Positions 27,396-37,030 of a stretch of 64,000 nt of DNA are shown piece after piece. The notes beneath the pieces are model-generated. The model had not been told where the DNA came from. It saw nothing but the letters and a program-made list of their open reading frames with translations, and ran no database searches. Source of the DNA: an uncultured virus (IMG/VR IMGVR_UViG_3300025603_000010) (lineage: Duplodnaviria; Heunggongvirae; Uroviricota; Caudoviricetes); IMG/VR virus record IMGVR_UViG_3300025603_000010, one strand, 5' to 3'. Within the stretch, counting starts at the first letter, position 1. The number at the start of each line of letters is the position of its first letter. Position numbers and translations under genes: made by a program.

Positions 27396-28547
27396 TTACC
27401 AACTTCCAGAACTGTCTCTCACAATAGGTGCCCAACGAGTTCCATATTCGTCTACCATTTCTCCAATATTTTCATCCTCAAGCCCATTTACTATGAAACC
27501 AAAGGGTGCCATATCCTGTTCTAATGCATCTTGTTGTTCAGACATCATCGTTTTACGGATATCATTATTAGTTAATTCTTTGAAATACTGTTGGTCTGTA
27601 ACCCATGCAAAGATAAAGAGACATGCAACAAGGTCATCGTTACACCCATCATCAGCCTCAAAGGATGAACCCTTAACAATAAAGGTTGATAACTCATTGA
27701 TACATTCGTAATCCTCAATAATCAGTTTATTATCTTCAACCAACTGCTTGAGGTTTGAACAACCAATCTTCTTTGTTGCCTTTGTGGTTCTTACCCCCAA
27801 CTGCGCTCTACCACCACTGAAGCCCCCTCCAAGGACTTGTCCCGCACGGCCACGCATACTTGCCATAATAAGGTTGTCATACTCCAAGTCAAACTGCATA
27901 GCGTTAGCAACCTGTTCTCCAATGTCATTAACCTCAATCAATACAAAGGCTTGATTGTATGCTCGTGCAGTGTCATAGATTTTAGATGGGAATATGAGAG
28001 GTTTGATTTCATTGTCACGAAATTTTGCAACGACCCTATATGGTATTTCACTCACATCCACAACCACAAATGCTGAGTAATCGTTTGATGTTCCCCGTGA
28101 AACATCAGCAGTGAGAAGATATGTGTGACCTTCTTGTGGTAGAACATGAACATCAAGCCCCCCACTAGACTGCTTAGGTGCTCGATATGTTAACTGTTTA
28201 AGTTTATGGGGTGCAATCAGTGTATCAATAGAGCCAAGGAACTCACAATTGTGTGATACTAATCCGTTGGTGTAGTAAAGATTTCCATTGGCAACATTTA
28301 ACAAATCATATAAATCAATATCATCCTCAACATCTTCTGCATACAGTATTTTTTTACCCTGAAGCTCTGTGCCGTGATGGAGTGTTGAGGCTACTATTTC
28401 CTCTTCACCAAATCTATGATTTAACGAACATTTGATTTCTGTGCCATCATCAAAAATAAAATGTCGATATTTGCTGCGTGTTATTTTTTGAATACCAGCA
28501 AAATCCACAAACCCTGATGGTGATAACACTTTATAACTTTTAGACAT
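27396..28547 (-). CDS. gp17: Terminase large subunit C-terminal half, preceded by split-intein C fragment
   Basis: IntC ...YYTNGLVSHN then CEFLGS; nuclease motifs DVSRG, DYSAF, EVNDIG, DDLV. Confidence 0.95.
   Translation of the reverse strand: MSKSYKVLSPSGFVDFAGIQKITRSKYRHFIFDDGTEIKCSLNHRFGEEEIVASTLHHGTELQGKKILYAEDVEDDIDLYDLLNVANGNLYYTNGLVSHNCEFLGSIDTLIAPHKLKQLTYRAPKQSSGGLDVHVLPQEGHTYLLTADVSRGTSNDYSAFVVVDVSEIPYRVVAKFRDNEIKPLIFPSKIYDTARAYNQAFVLIEVNDIGEQVANAMQFDLEYDNLIMASMRGRAGQVLGGGFSGGRAQLGVRTTKATKKIGCSNLKQLVEDNKLIIEDYECINELSTFIVKGSSFEADDGCNDDLVACLFIFAWVTDQQYFKELTNNDIRKTMMSEQQDALEQDMAPFGFIVNGLEDENIGEMVDEYGTRWAPIVRDSSGSW
28248..28547 (-). mobile_element. Split intein C fragment (~100 aa)
   Basis: Block B-like KCSLNH, block F LYDLLNV...YYTNG, terminal HN and +1 Cys. 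Confidence 0.93.
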
Positions 28548-29112
28548 CTTTCCAACTTCCATTTAAGACTATTTTTTTTAATCCCTGTAAAGTTAATCCA
28601 TAATCATTATGATATGTCTTACAAAAACCTTGCACATAAGACATCGCCCGGCCGTTTCCTTGGATTTCACCAACACCATCAATATGAGGTTGTTCATCAT
28701 ACAACTTTCTTATTTCTCTAACAGTATCAATATCTACTTTGGAAGAGTGTCTTACACCCTTTCTTTTAGCAGACCAACGAGCAATAGTTTCTTCACTAAA
28801 ACATCCCTTCATCCCACGGTTCCAAGCTTTAGTTCCTTTTTTCACACCACCAATACCTTTCCTAGAATACCCCGAAAATCCCTCACCGCCGGGGGTTTTA
28901 TTCCATCCAAAAAGATAACAATCATTTTCCCTAATCAATCGTATCTCCATATCCCTTGCTTCTATGCGGTCATTAGTATTGTCTATGATATGGAATGTAT
29001 GTTTAGGTTTTTTATTTTTGTGACATGTTTTTCTTACATCAGGATTGATTGTCTGCCCAACATATTTGATTTTGTTTGTATCGTCTTTTAATGCGTAGAT
29101 ATGATAAACCAT
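28540..29112 (-). CDS. GIY-YIG homing endonuclease between the gp17 halves
   Basis: HIYALKD...KYVGQT...R...E...GWNKTPGGE. Confidence 0.88.
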   Translation of the reverse strand: MVYHIYALKDDTNKIKYVGQTINPDVRKTCHKNKKPKHTFHIIDNTNDRIEARDMEIRLIRENDCYLFGWNKTPGGEGFSGYSRKGIGGVKKGTKAWNRGMKGCFSEETIARWSAKRKGVRHSSKVDIDTVREIRKLYDEQPHIDGVGEIQGNGRAMSYVQGFCKTYHNDYGLTLQGLKKIVLNGSWKDV

Positions 29113-29120
29113 ACACCTAT

Positions 29121-30032
29121 TTATACATCCAAAGAACTCACACTCACCATTTCTTCAATATTTACATTAATAATCTTTCCTGTATCATTGTCTTTGAGAG
29201 TAACCTTTGTATCACCAGAAACACACTCAAACTCCGTGTTAAACTGAGATTGGGAAGTGTTTCTGATTGTTTCTTCTTTCCACTTCTCATCCCGGCCGGG
29301 AACTTCACTCCAATGAACCTCAATTGGTATATAATTGTTACGACCTTCCTCTGCATCCACCCATAGTTTATAGAACATATTCATACCGTGGGGAGTAGAA
29401 ACAATCATAACTTTAGTTGTTTTACCAGATGAAATTGTGGGATACACTGAACTAAAGAACTGTTCAGCTACGTTTGCAGGAACATAAGCAAACTCATCAA
29501 GGAAAATAATGTTATATGAACCACCACGAACAGCACTAGCTGAAGTGGAACTTGCCAGTATTTTAGAACCATTTTCTAACTCCAAGGAACCTTTGTTCCA
29601 ACTCATTACCCCCTGTTGTAACCATTTGGGTAGGTGTTCATACGCAAGTTGTAAACGTGACAGTAGATCACGAGCAGTTGCTGCCTTATTTGCAAGGATT
29701 GCGATATTAACATTGGGGTTGAATAGTGCATAATGTAACAGATATGAAACCATAACTGTAGACTTACCGGACTGTCTGGGTAGTTTGCAAATAGTGAAAC
29801 GATTGCTGTGGAATGTACCAACCATTTCCTTCTGAAAGTCATACATCTTAAATGGAACAAGGCCCTCATCAAGATTAATAATCTTGACATAGTTTTCTAT
29901 GAAATATTGTGGACTCTCCATGCATTCCTGATACTCAACAAGGTGTTTTTTAGTCCAGTTCTGTGCGACATTAGCCTTTTTCAGATTCGGGTTACCAGCA
30001 TAGGTTTGCGGACCAGTATCAGGTTTTGCCAT
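29121..30032 (-). CDS. gp17: Terminase large subunit N-terminal (ATPase) half, ending in split-intein N fragment
   Basis: GNPNLKK, Walker A PRQSGKS, Walker B FLDEFA, STPHG; ends FNTEFE-CVSGDT. Confidence 0.95.
   Translation of the reverse strand: MAKPDTGPQTYAGNPNLKKANVAQNWTKKHLVEYQECMESPQYFIENYVKIINLDEGLVPFKMYDFQKEMVGTFHSNRFTICKLPRQSGKSTVMVSYLLHYALFNPNVNIAILANKAATARDLLSRLQLAYEHLPKWLQQGVMSWNKGSLELENGSKILASSTSASAVRGGSYNIIFLDEFAYVPANVAEQFFSSVYPTISSGKTTKVMIVSTPHGMNMFYKLWVDAEEGRNNYIPIEVHWSEVPGRDEKWKEETIRNTSQSQFNTEFECVSGDTKVTLKDNDTGKIINVNIEEMVSVSSLDV
29124..29225 (-). mobile_element. Split intein N fragment (34 aa)
   Basis: CVSGDTKVTLKDNDTGKIINVNIEEMVSVSSLDV, intein block A only. Confidence 0.92.
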
Positions 30033-30543
30033 CGTTCCTAAACCTCCCCATTTTCCAATCCCACTTGGAACTTTTTATTCTATTATAGACAGTTGGCATC
30101 GAGCATCCAAATGTTTCCATTACACTATCTAATCCCAAGTATTCTTTTCCTTCTATAATATATGTCTTCTTTTGCCAAGGTCTGTCTTTTATTTTAGACC
30201 AATATTCTTTGTTAGACTTAGACATTCTTTTTTTATTTTCTTCCGTGTGTTTACTACCTCTCCACACCTCATTTCCCTTTATACCATTTTCCAAAGCTGC
30301 CTCTAATTTTCTTCCAGTTTTTTTTCCTTTATTAGCCATACTTTGTGCCTGTTTAGTTGCTTCTGCAAAACTTATAGAACCACTTAAAGCTTTCCACGCA
30401 ACCCTATCTTCCCACCTACCATATTCTTCATATAACTTACAATGAGCTGCAGCGTGTTCTGGTATAGTCAATACTATAATGTTTGATGGGTCATCAGTAC
30501 CACCAGCATGTCTTGGTATGATGTGGTGTTTATGTGTAATCAT
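30019..30543 (-). CDS. HNH homing endonuclease
   Basis: HKHHIIPRHAGGTDDPSNII.LT..EHAAAH; similar to 1573..2127. Confidence 0.88.
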   Translation of the reverse strand: MITHKHHIIPRHAGGTDDPSNIIVLTIPEHAAAHCKLYEEYGRWEDRVAWKALSGSISFAEATKQAQSMANKGKKTGRKLEAALENGIKGNEVWRGSKHTEENKKRMSKSNKEYWSKIKDRPWQKKTYIIEGKEYLGLDSVMETFGCSMPTVYNRIKSSKWDWKMGRFRNDGKT

Positions 30544-30556
30544 ACTATTATTTATA

Positions 30557-30597
30557 AGTTTGGGTTTCCTAATGCATTAAATAAACTCCATCAGCCA
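30557..30597 (-). pseudogene. Remnant of the original gp17 5' end
   Basis: GGAG RBS, then MADGVYL, an 8-nt insertion, then GNPNL. Confidence 0.7.
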
Positions 30598-30616
30598 TTA
30601 TTATCTCCTGTTCTAT

Positions 30617-31609
30617 TTAGTATCTAACGTATGTACCATCTTCATACACAATCTTATTAAGAACATAATGATTAGAAGATACACCTTCATATCGTGGTTG
30701 TTTATTTACTGAACGAAATGAACTTTCTTTTTGTTTTGTATATAAGTAATCTTCATTTTTATCATAATCATATATGTATTTTTTCATTGGCCATTTGTAT
30801 GTTCCATAGTCACCATTATGTCCAGCATATGGATTAGACAAAGCCCACTTCTCAAAATAATCTGTATAGAAAAATGGATATTCTAGATGATACACAGATG
30901 GGTCTTTGAGAAATCTTGGTGAGAGGTATCTTGATAACAAATCATCTATACTCCTAGCAAACCACCAAAGTAACTCCCAACATGTTTTTGGTTTGTATGG
31001 AGACATATCAATATATTTCTCAGTAGTGTTTAACATATCAGAATCTTTCATAACATTAATCCAATCGTGGTCTTTAATTTTGAAAAATTCCTCTATAGAT
31101 GTATATGATGATATTGCGAGAAATAATTCATCTCCCCCGCCACCATTCACATTAATTGTTTGGTCATTCCACAACTGATCATTATCATAGATATAGTCTT
31201 CGTGAGAATGCCACTGCAAATTAACTTTCTTATTGACTAATAAATCATAGAAACGTGGATTTTCTTGTACACTAGCTTTTGATAGATACACAGTAAGACT
31301 TGTATCCAACCTTTTAGTTTTCAGCAGACTTACCAATGCACATGTGCTGTCTATACCACCTGACCACCACAATCTTATTGGTTTGCCAATATCCCATAAC
31401 TCTACAGCCCTACGATTAGTTAACTCTTCGAATGTTGATGTAAAATTTGTAGGAAAATTTGTAAGGGGGTTCTCTATCAAATCAAACTGGTTGTCAAAAC
31501 CAAATCTAAAACGAGGAGAGTGTAATCCAAAACTAGTTGCTAATTTATACTCATCTCTTGCACTTATTTCTGGAAAGGAATTGAGATGATAATAAAGAAC
31601 CTTACTCAC
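30617..31609 (-). CDS. PP-loop (adenine nucleotide alpha-hydrolase) protein, asparagine-synthetase-like
   Basis: LWWSGGIDS and NGGGGDELF motifs. Confidence 0.65.
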   Translation of the reverse strand: MSKVLYYHLNSFPEISARDEYKLATSFGLHSPRFRFGFDNQFDLIENPLTNFPTNFTSTFEELTNRRAVELWDIGKPIRLWWSGGIDSTCALVSLLKTKRLDTSLTVYLSKASVQENPRFYDLLVNKKVNLQWHSHEDYIYDNDQLWNDQTINVNGGGGDELFLAISSYTSIEEFFKIKDHDWINVMKDSDMLNTTEKYIDMSPYKPKTCWELLWWFARSIDDLLSRYLSPRFLKDPSVYHLEYPFFYTDYFEKWALSNPYAGHNGDYGTYKWPMKKYIYDYDKNEDYLYTKQKESSFRSVNKQPRYEGVSSNHYVLNKIVYEDGTYVRY

Positions 31610-32879
31610 TTTTACCTTTCAACATTTCTTGTTTTATTATTTCTGTCATCTTAATTCTATCAATCTTACCCAATGACATCTCTGGTATTTTTCCTTGCCA
31701 TAAATGGTTTATGCGTATCTTCAAAGTTTCCTCTATATAATTTCTGGGATCGATATCATCCTCAACACATAAATATAGAACCCCATCAATTCCTATAAGA
31801 CATGATTTGCCAGAACAAAGAGACTCAACTTCTAAAGGATTTATATCTCGACCACCAAGAGATATAAGAAGTTTTTTTCTGCCTGTTAAAACTAAATACC
31901 CGTCTTCATCGATTCTACCAAAGTCACCTATATTATACCAATCACCATTAAATTTAGTTGGCATGAAATCGTGCAAAAAATCTCTGGATATCAATACCTC
32001 TCCATTTTCACCAAGCCTTATCTTATCCGTTTCTATTTTACCAATAGTTAAAAATCTTTTGTCTTGCGTATCATCAATACTACACATATGAGCCATAAAT
32101 CCCTCAGCTATTCCATACCTGTTCAATACCACACCAGATATTTGATTCTCTATTTTTAAGGCATCTTCGTAATTTAGTGGTGCTCCAGCAGTACTCCATA
32201 CTCTAGGACTCAGTTTTATATTATTAACTTTAGCTATCTCAGATATTGTAAGGGGTGAAGATACAACAACACTTGGTTGGTATTGACTGATGTCTAAAAT
32301 ATATTCCTCTATTTTTTTGTTCACCCGTTGCAAATCATTGTTACAATAAAAAGTAGCACCAGAGATAAGTGTCATTATCATGGTTATGTCACCAATGGCA
32401 TATGTCGTATGCACTGGACAAAAAACAGTATCATTTGGAATTATTTTAAGACGCTCAGCAAGTTGACGTGCATAGAAAACTCTATGAGATTGTTTGACAA
32501 AAAAGAACTTAGCTTTATTCGTTGTTCCACTACTTACTTTTATTTGAAAACCATCAGGAATGGGATGGAAATTTTCTTTTAAAAATTTATCTTGTAACGA
32601 TGATTCATATTTTGATGCGGAAGGATGGCGAGCTAGAAAAGGTTTTTTAATAAAGGCGTGAGCTAAAAATTCAATAGCACAATCAATACCATCAGGTAAA
32701 CATATTATACCATATGGTGTATCATCAATGTTCTCAGACCTCATCTCCGACTTTTCATACAGAGAAAGATATGTGATTTCTCTTCCTGTGTTTAGTTCTT
32801 TTACTGCAATATGATTTGGATTATTTTTAACAACATTTTTTAAAGCATTCTGTATTGATGAAACATCATTCATTTTCAC
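31602..32879 (-). CDS. AMP-binding (ANL) adenylation enzyme
   Basis: SSGTTNKAK, YGIAE, GDFGRIDEDGYLVLTGRKK, INPLEVE. Confidence 0.85.
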   Translation of the reverse strand: MKMNDVSSIQNALKNVVKNNPNHIAVKELNTGREITYLSLYEKSEMRSENIDDTPYGIICLPDGIDCAIEFLAHAFIKKPFLARHPSASKYESSLQDKFLKENFHPIPDGFQIKVSSGTTNKAKFFFVKQSHRVFYARQLAERLKIIPNDTVFCPVHTTYAIGDITMIMTLISGATFYCNNDLQRVNKKIEEYILDISQYQPSVVVSSPLTISEIAKVNNIKLSPRVWSTAGAPLNYEDALKIENQISGVVLNRYGIAEGFMAHMCSIDDTQDKRFLTIGKIETDKIRLGENGEVLISRDFLHDFMPTKFNGDWYNIGDFGRIDEDGYLVLTGRKKLLISLGGRDINPLEVESLCSGKSCLIGIDGVLYLCVEDDIDPRNYIEETLKIRINHLWQGKIPEMSLGKIDRIKMTEIIKQEMLKGKSE

Positions 32880-32897
32880 TTTTACCTTTCAACATTT
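31606..32897. repeat. 22-bp exact direct repeat flanking the AMP-binding gene
   Basis: TCACTTTTACCTTTCAACATTT at 31606-31627 and 32876-32897. Confidence 0.9.
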
Positions 32898-33297
32898 TTT
32901 GTAACTCAGCAGTACTACCGACGAACAATGCATTCGTAACACTCTTCGGTGCGTTATTGGGAACCTCTTTGAGTTTTTTCATTTTCTCTTGCAGGTCACC
33001 TAGTTTCTCAGTTACCTCTGCGACATTCTTGATTAATTGACCAGCAACCTCATATGCCCTTGGATGCTCACCCTCTTTCGCAAGTTCAAGGATGCCCTCA
33101 ATTGCAGCTGAACCTTGTTCAACCAAGCGATAGAAGTTCTCCCTTTGATACTTATAGTCCTCATCAATATCTTCGCCACCCTCTATCTCTGTTGGATAAC
33201 GAGAAACATCAGACATTTTGGCGTTTGGGTTCAAAGATGCTTCTGGAGGAATAATATCCCCAACCACTCCAAGCGCTTTGTCAATTTCATCTACCAT
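32866..33297 (-). CDS. gp16: Terminase small subunit
   Basis: DYKYQRENFY, HPRAYEVAGQLIK, NALFVGSTAELQKML. Confidence 0.93.
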   Translation of the reverse strand: MVDEIDKALGVVGDIIPPEASLNPNAKMSDVSRYPTEIEGGEDIDEDYKYQRENFYRLVEQGSAAIEGILELAKEGEHPRAYEVAGQLIKNVAEVTEKLGDLQEKMKKLKEVPNNAPKSVTNALFVGSTAELQKMLKGKSENE

Positions 33298-34087
33298 AAT
33301 TATCTCCCATATAAATTAAGTAAGGCAATTTTCCATCCTCATTTCGACCCCTATACATGTACGTTTCTGGGTCAGCTTCATGTCTCCAAGGACCATAACT
33401 ACCGTGTTTAGCACAATACAAATCAAAGTCTCTTCCTGTTTTACCCTCACTGATAAATTTTTGATATGTTCGCCAGTATGCAACTTCACGTCCATTACGA
33501 CTCTCTGAATTATATCTAATACACAAATCTCGCAACTCTTTTGGTAAGAACTCATACTGTTCAAACCTACCCATCATATGTTTTGCGACCTCATTATAGT
33601 TAAAATCATCTCCAGTGGCCACTGGAACCAACTCTCTCACACCACCCAAATATATATCAACACCAATATTTTCAATACCAGATTCACGGCGACTTACTTC
33701 ATAACCCTGAGTTGCTGTATTTTCTAAACATATTCCTATGGATATTCCATCTGCTCCTGTTTCAAAACACCAATTGATATATCCAGCATAACGTGGTCTA
33801 AGAGCACCGATATCATATTTTCCTTTTTTAAATCCCGGCCAGATCGGAATCTGTTCCTTTACATATTGTTTAGGAAACTCACCCAGTTCTAAATCAAAAT
33901 CACGATATTCTTTTTTAAGGAAGTGTGATAAATTTTGAACTCTTTCAAGTTCTTCTGAACGGTAGTCATCATTTTCAAAATGATCAAATCCATATCGAAC
34001 AAAAATATCAGCATTAGTCTCAGTCAACCAACGATAAAGTGAATATGTTGAATTTATACCGCCAGAGAATGGTATAAGTATTTTCAC
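33287..34087 (-). CDS. QueC-like PP-loop protein
   Basis: MKILIPFSGGINST. Confidence 0.55.
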   Translation of the reverse strand: MKILIPFSGGINSTYSLYRWLTETNADIFVRYGFDHFENDDYRSEELERVQNLSHFLKKEYRDFDLELGEFPKQYVKEQIPIWPGFKKGKYDIGALRPRYAGYINWCFETGADGISIGICLENTATQGYEVSRRESGIENIGVDIYLGGVRELVPVATGDDFNYNEVAKHMMGRFEQYEFLPKELRDLCIRYNSESRNGREVAYWRTYQKFISEGKTGRDFDLYCAKHGSYGPWRHEADPETYMYRGRNEDGKLPYLIYMGDNYGR

Positions 34088-34088
34088 A

Positions 34089-34919
34089 CTAATCCCATAA
34101 ATTTGTGTTGACCTTTACAAGAAAACAGTCTTTACCAAAACAATCTTCCATATAAGAACTACAATGAATTCTTGAAGTCTCAAACATAACAACTTGACCA
34201 ATATTCCAAGGAATGGATGCTGCAAAACTAAATCCATGTAACATCTCAATTGGGTGCTGTTGCAGGTGTTCTACCCAAACATCTGAATCAAAGGGTTTGT
34301 TAGTGTATCCTACTAAATCACTATAATCATGATCCAATTGCCATCCCTTTGGACCATGATCTCTATAGAACTTTTGATCGTCACTCTCAATATCAATTCC
34401 AGATTTTGCAGACCAAGGAGTTTTTTGGTCAAAGTATACAGTCTCAGTTGTTCCCACACTCCCATCTTCTTTGTAACATCTTAGTGGAAAGAATACTGTT
34501 GTGTTTGCAGGCCGAGGTTTTTGTCCTGTTCTGTTGTGCGATTTCCAATCATCACCTAAATAATTTTCACCATCATTATGTATATGAATTGCTTCTTTGT
34601 AATATCCATACCTACCTTGAGTATTTGGTTCATACCCAACAATTGGTTTTAGAATTTCATTAAAAAGTTTGACCGAATTAGCCTTTTCATCTTCAGTGAA
34701 AATTTCTAAATTAGTGTGACCCTGTAGAGAATCACTCATCTCATCTATTGGCAACCCACTATCAGATATTTTTCTATATCCCAAATAATTTGGATCGATT
34801 TCTAGTCTAAATTTTCGAGCTCGTTCTAAAACTTGTAGTTCTTCTTCTAAATTTATTAGATTATCAATTACTGATAAAGGAACATCTGCATAATGAAACA
34901 TGTTATCACTCATCTTCAC
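34089..34919 (-). CDS. Hypothetical protein, possible 2OG-Fe(II) fold
   Basis: HIHND...WNIGQVVMFETSRIHCS. Confidence 0.5.
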   Translation of the reverse strand: MKMSDNMFHYADVPLSVIDNLINLEEELQVLERARKFRLEIDPNYLGYRKISDSGLPIDEMSDSLQGHTNLEIFTEDEKANSVKLFNEILKPIVGYEPNTQGRYGYYKEAIHIHNDGENYLGDDWKSHNRTGQKPRPANTTVFFPLRCYKEDGSVGTTETVYFDQKTPWSAKSGIDIESDDQKFYRDHGPKGWQLDHDYSDLVGYTNKPFDSDVWVEHLQQHPIEMLHGFSFAASIPWNIGQVVMFETSRIHCSSYMEDCFGKDCFLVKVNTNLWD

Positions 34920-35712
34920 CCGTCACTGCGTTATAATTTTTTGCATCTTCAAAGAATGATGTCACCTCATTGAAACCAAAATCATCATCAGCATCAGCAC
35001 TGGTTGGGTTTGGTGTAACTGTAAGTCTCTGCTGTCGTGTGGGTGATTTGTCGGGCAGATCAGTATATGCATCAACCTGTACCGTCTTGATAACCTTACT
35101 AGAAGTAACCGGGCCATATAGATAAAATTTACAAGTGAAATCCATAGTATAGATGATTGCTCGTCTTGTAGTGAAGTCTCCCTGATAATCATCCTCATAA
35201 GAAATACTGTTTAGAATAACAGGGATATCTTTTTTAACACCCATATCAGCGTTATCATTCATCGTGATTGTGTAGTCTGGTTGAAAGTATGGTAGAATCT
35301 GTTCAACAATTTGTAGAGCATCATCTGACTGTTTTGCAAGAATATAAAGTTGAAAATTAACATTATAGGGAACAGGCATATATTGCGTGTCCAACTGTTG
35401 TGTTTTGGTTGTGTCACCCTTAACCTTTTTGAACTTCTGAACACGGTTTAGTTTCCTACCGGGATCGTAGGTAAGACCTGTGATTTCAAAACCAATACGA
35501 GGTAAAGTAACCGCAGCAGCTTTACTAAGGTCTGCATCATCAGCAAGACGAACAAGAAACTTCTGCCTTGGACCATATGCCAAGGGAACCTTCATAGTCT
35601 GTTGAACCTTTCCAGCATTGTCCTTACGAACTAATTGAATATTATTAAAAATTGTTCCGAAACCCACAACTACGTTGCGTACTGTTTCGTGGTAGAACTG
35701 GGTTCCCAACAT
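34906..35712 (-). CDS. gp15: Tail sheath stabilizer / completion protein
   Basis: FYHETVR..VVGFGTIFN, VPLAYGP, QIVEQILPYFQP. Confidence 0.93.
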   Translation of the reverse strand: MLGTQFYHETVRNVVVGFGTIFNNIQLVRKDNAGKVQQTMKVPLAYGPRQKFLVRLADDADLSKAAAVTLPRIGFEITGLTYDPGRKLNRVQKFKKVKGDTTKTQQLDTQYMPVPYNVNFQLYILAKQSDDALQIVEQILPYFQPDYTITMNDNADMGVKKDIPVILNSISYEDDYQGDFTTRRAIIYTMDFTCKFYLYGPVTSSKVIKTVQVDAYTDLPDKSPTRQQRLTVTPNPTSADADDDFGFNEVTSFFEDAKNYNAVTGEDE

Positions 35713-36038
35713 TATACCGTCTCCTTTTTCTTCATAGTATATCTTTCACGCCTTCTGGCATTATATTCATCTTTCCGTAGATGGTATGTTTCTTTATGTC
35801 TTTTAGCGTCTGATAACTTTTGTTTTTGTCTACGATTTTCTCTTTGTTCTGGTGTCTCGTTGTTCTCACGATACTCTTTGTGATACTCACGCATATATGC
35901 ATTACGTTGTTCTGGATTATTGTGGTAATCACCCTCACATTTACCATGAACATAATTAACAAAATGTTGTGGAATACCTTCCATCTCTTTAGCAAGTTGT
36001 TCTTTAGTTGGGTTTGATATATCACTCAAGTCAAACAT
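35712..36038 (-). CDS. Basic hypothetical protein, possible endonuclease remnant
   Basis: K/R/E-rich RNAYMREYHKEYRE; coupled between gp14 and gp15. Confidence 0.5.
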   Translation of the reverse strand: MFDLSDISNPTKEQLAKEMEGIPQHFVNYVHGKCEGDYHNNPEQRNAYMREYHKEYRENNETPEQRENRRQKQKLSDAKRHKETYHLRKDEYNARRRERYTMKKKETV

Positions 36039-37027
36039 TAATCTGCGCTCCCTGCATCACCAAATGGATTTGACTCACTGAAGTCCAGTACAGTATCATC
36101 CAATGTGTCAAATAACTCATTTTGAGCCGTCTTGTCTATAACTCCGTCACCTACTATATAGTCTTCCTGTATGATGTATTCATCACCACCTGTTTCGAGT
36201 AGGATACTCTCACCACCAAGTGTGGTTTCATCTTCACCGATAATGTTATCGCTATCTGTCTCATCCAACAGTAAGCCACTTTCACTAGTATCATAATCAA
36301 TCCTGATCTCTTGATTGATGGTAGTTCCTGTTGCCTGTTCAAGTGTCAGCTGATAATCAGAACTTGCAATTGATAGAGAATCTTCAATTGCATCAATGTC
36401 TGTAATACCTGTATCAAGTGACTCTGAACCATAATCGAACAGGCGACAGCGCATCTTGTAAACCGGATTATTATCCAACTGGTGAAAAGGATCATCGTGA
36501 TCTACAAAGTTAATCTCAAATAGTTTCTTTAGTGTTGGGTGATAAATCGCATCACCCTCTAATGGCCGGTCTGCATCTGTTGCATCAGTTTCGTTTATAA
36601 TATAAAATATCTCACCCTCTAGTTTAGATGTTGAGAGTGTGCCAGATTCCAATTGAATAGAACCAGATGATGTTGAATCTGTTCCTGTTTCAATTTGTAA
36701 CTGTTTAGTTTTCTCCTGAAACCTTGTCTTACTTACAACAAAGGTTGCTTCACTAAGGTTCTGCAAACCGAACTGAGACATCAGTTCTCGTTCTCCAGCA
36801 TAACCCCCGCCAGCATCTTCCATATACATTTCGATAAGGGATTGTGTATTAAACTTGGATATCGCATCTTCACCAAGTACGGTGTCTTCTGCAACTAGTG
36901 TGCGGTCAAGATAATATACATCATGACCATGAATCTGAATTGCTTCTGCAACTAAGTCAGCGTATAGAGATTGCTCAGTTGCAATCGCAGATACACCACT
37001 TGTATGAAAATGTTTATTTACAGCCAT
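36038..37027 (-). CDS. gp14: Neck protein
   Basis: EAIQIHGHDVYYL, RPLEGDAIY, LFEINFV, DFSESNPFG. Confidence 0.92.
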   Translation of the reverse strand: MAVNKHFHTSGVSAIATEQSLYADLVAEAIQIHGHDVYYLDRTLVAEDTVLGEDAISKFNTQSLIEMYMEDAGGGYAGERELMSQFGLQNLSEATFVVSKTRFQEKTKQLQIETGTDSTSSGSIQLESGTLSTSKLEGEIFYIINETDATDADRPLEGDAIYHPTLKKLFEINFVDHDDPFHQLDNNPVYKMRCRLFDYGSESLDTGITDIDAIEDSLSIASSDYQLTLEQATGTTINQEIRIDYDTSESGLLLDETDSDNIIGEDETTLGGESILLETGGDEYIIQEDYIVGDGVIDKTAQNELFDTLDDTVLDFSESNPFGDAGSAD

Positions 37028-37030
37028 GAA

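Noticed and set aside
28248..29225. Group I intron as the explanation for the gp17 interruption
   Set aside because: No non-coding space for a ribozyme core; both junctions are intein motifs
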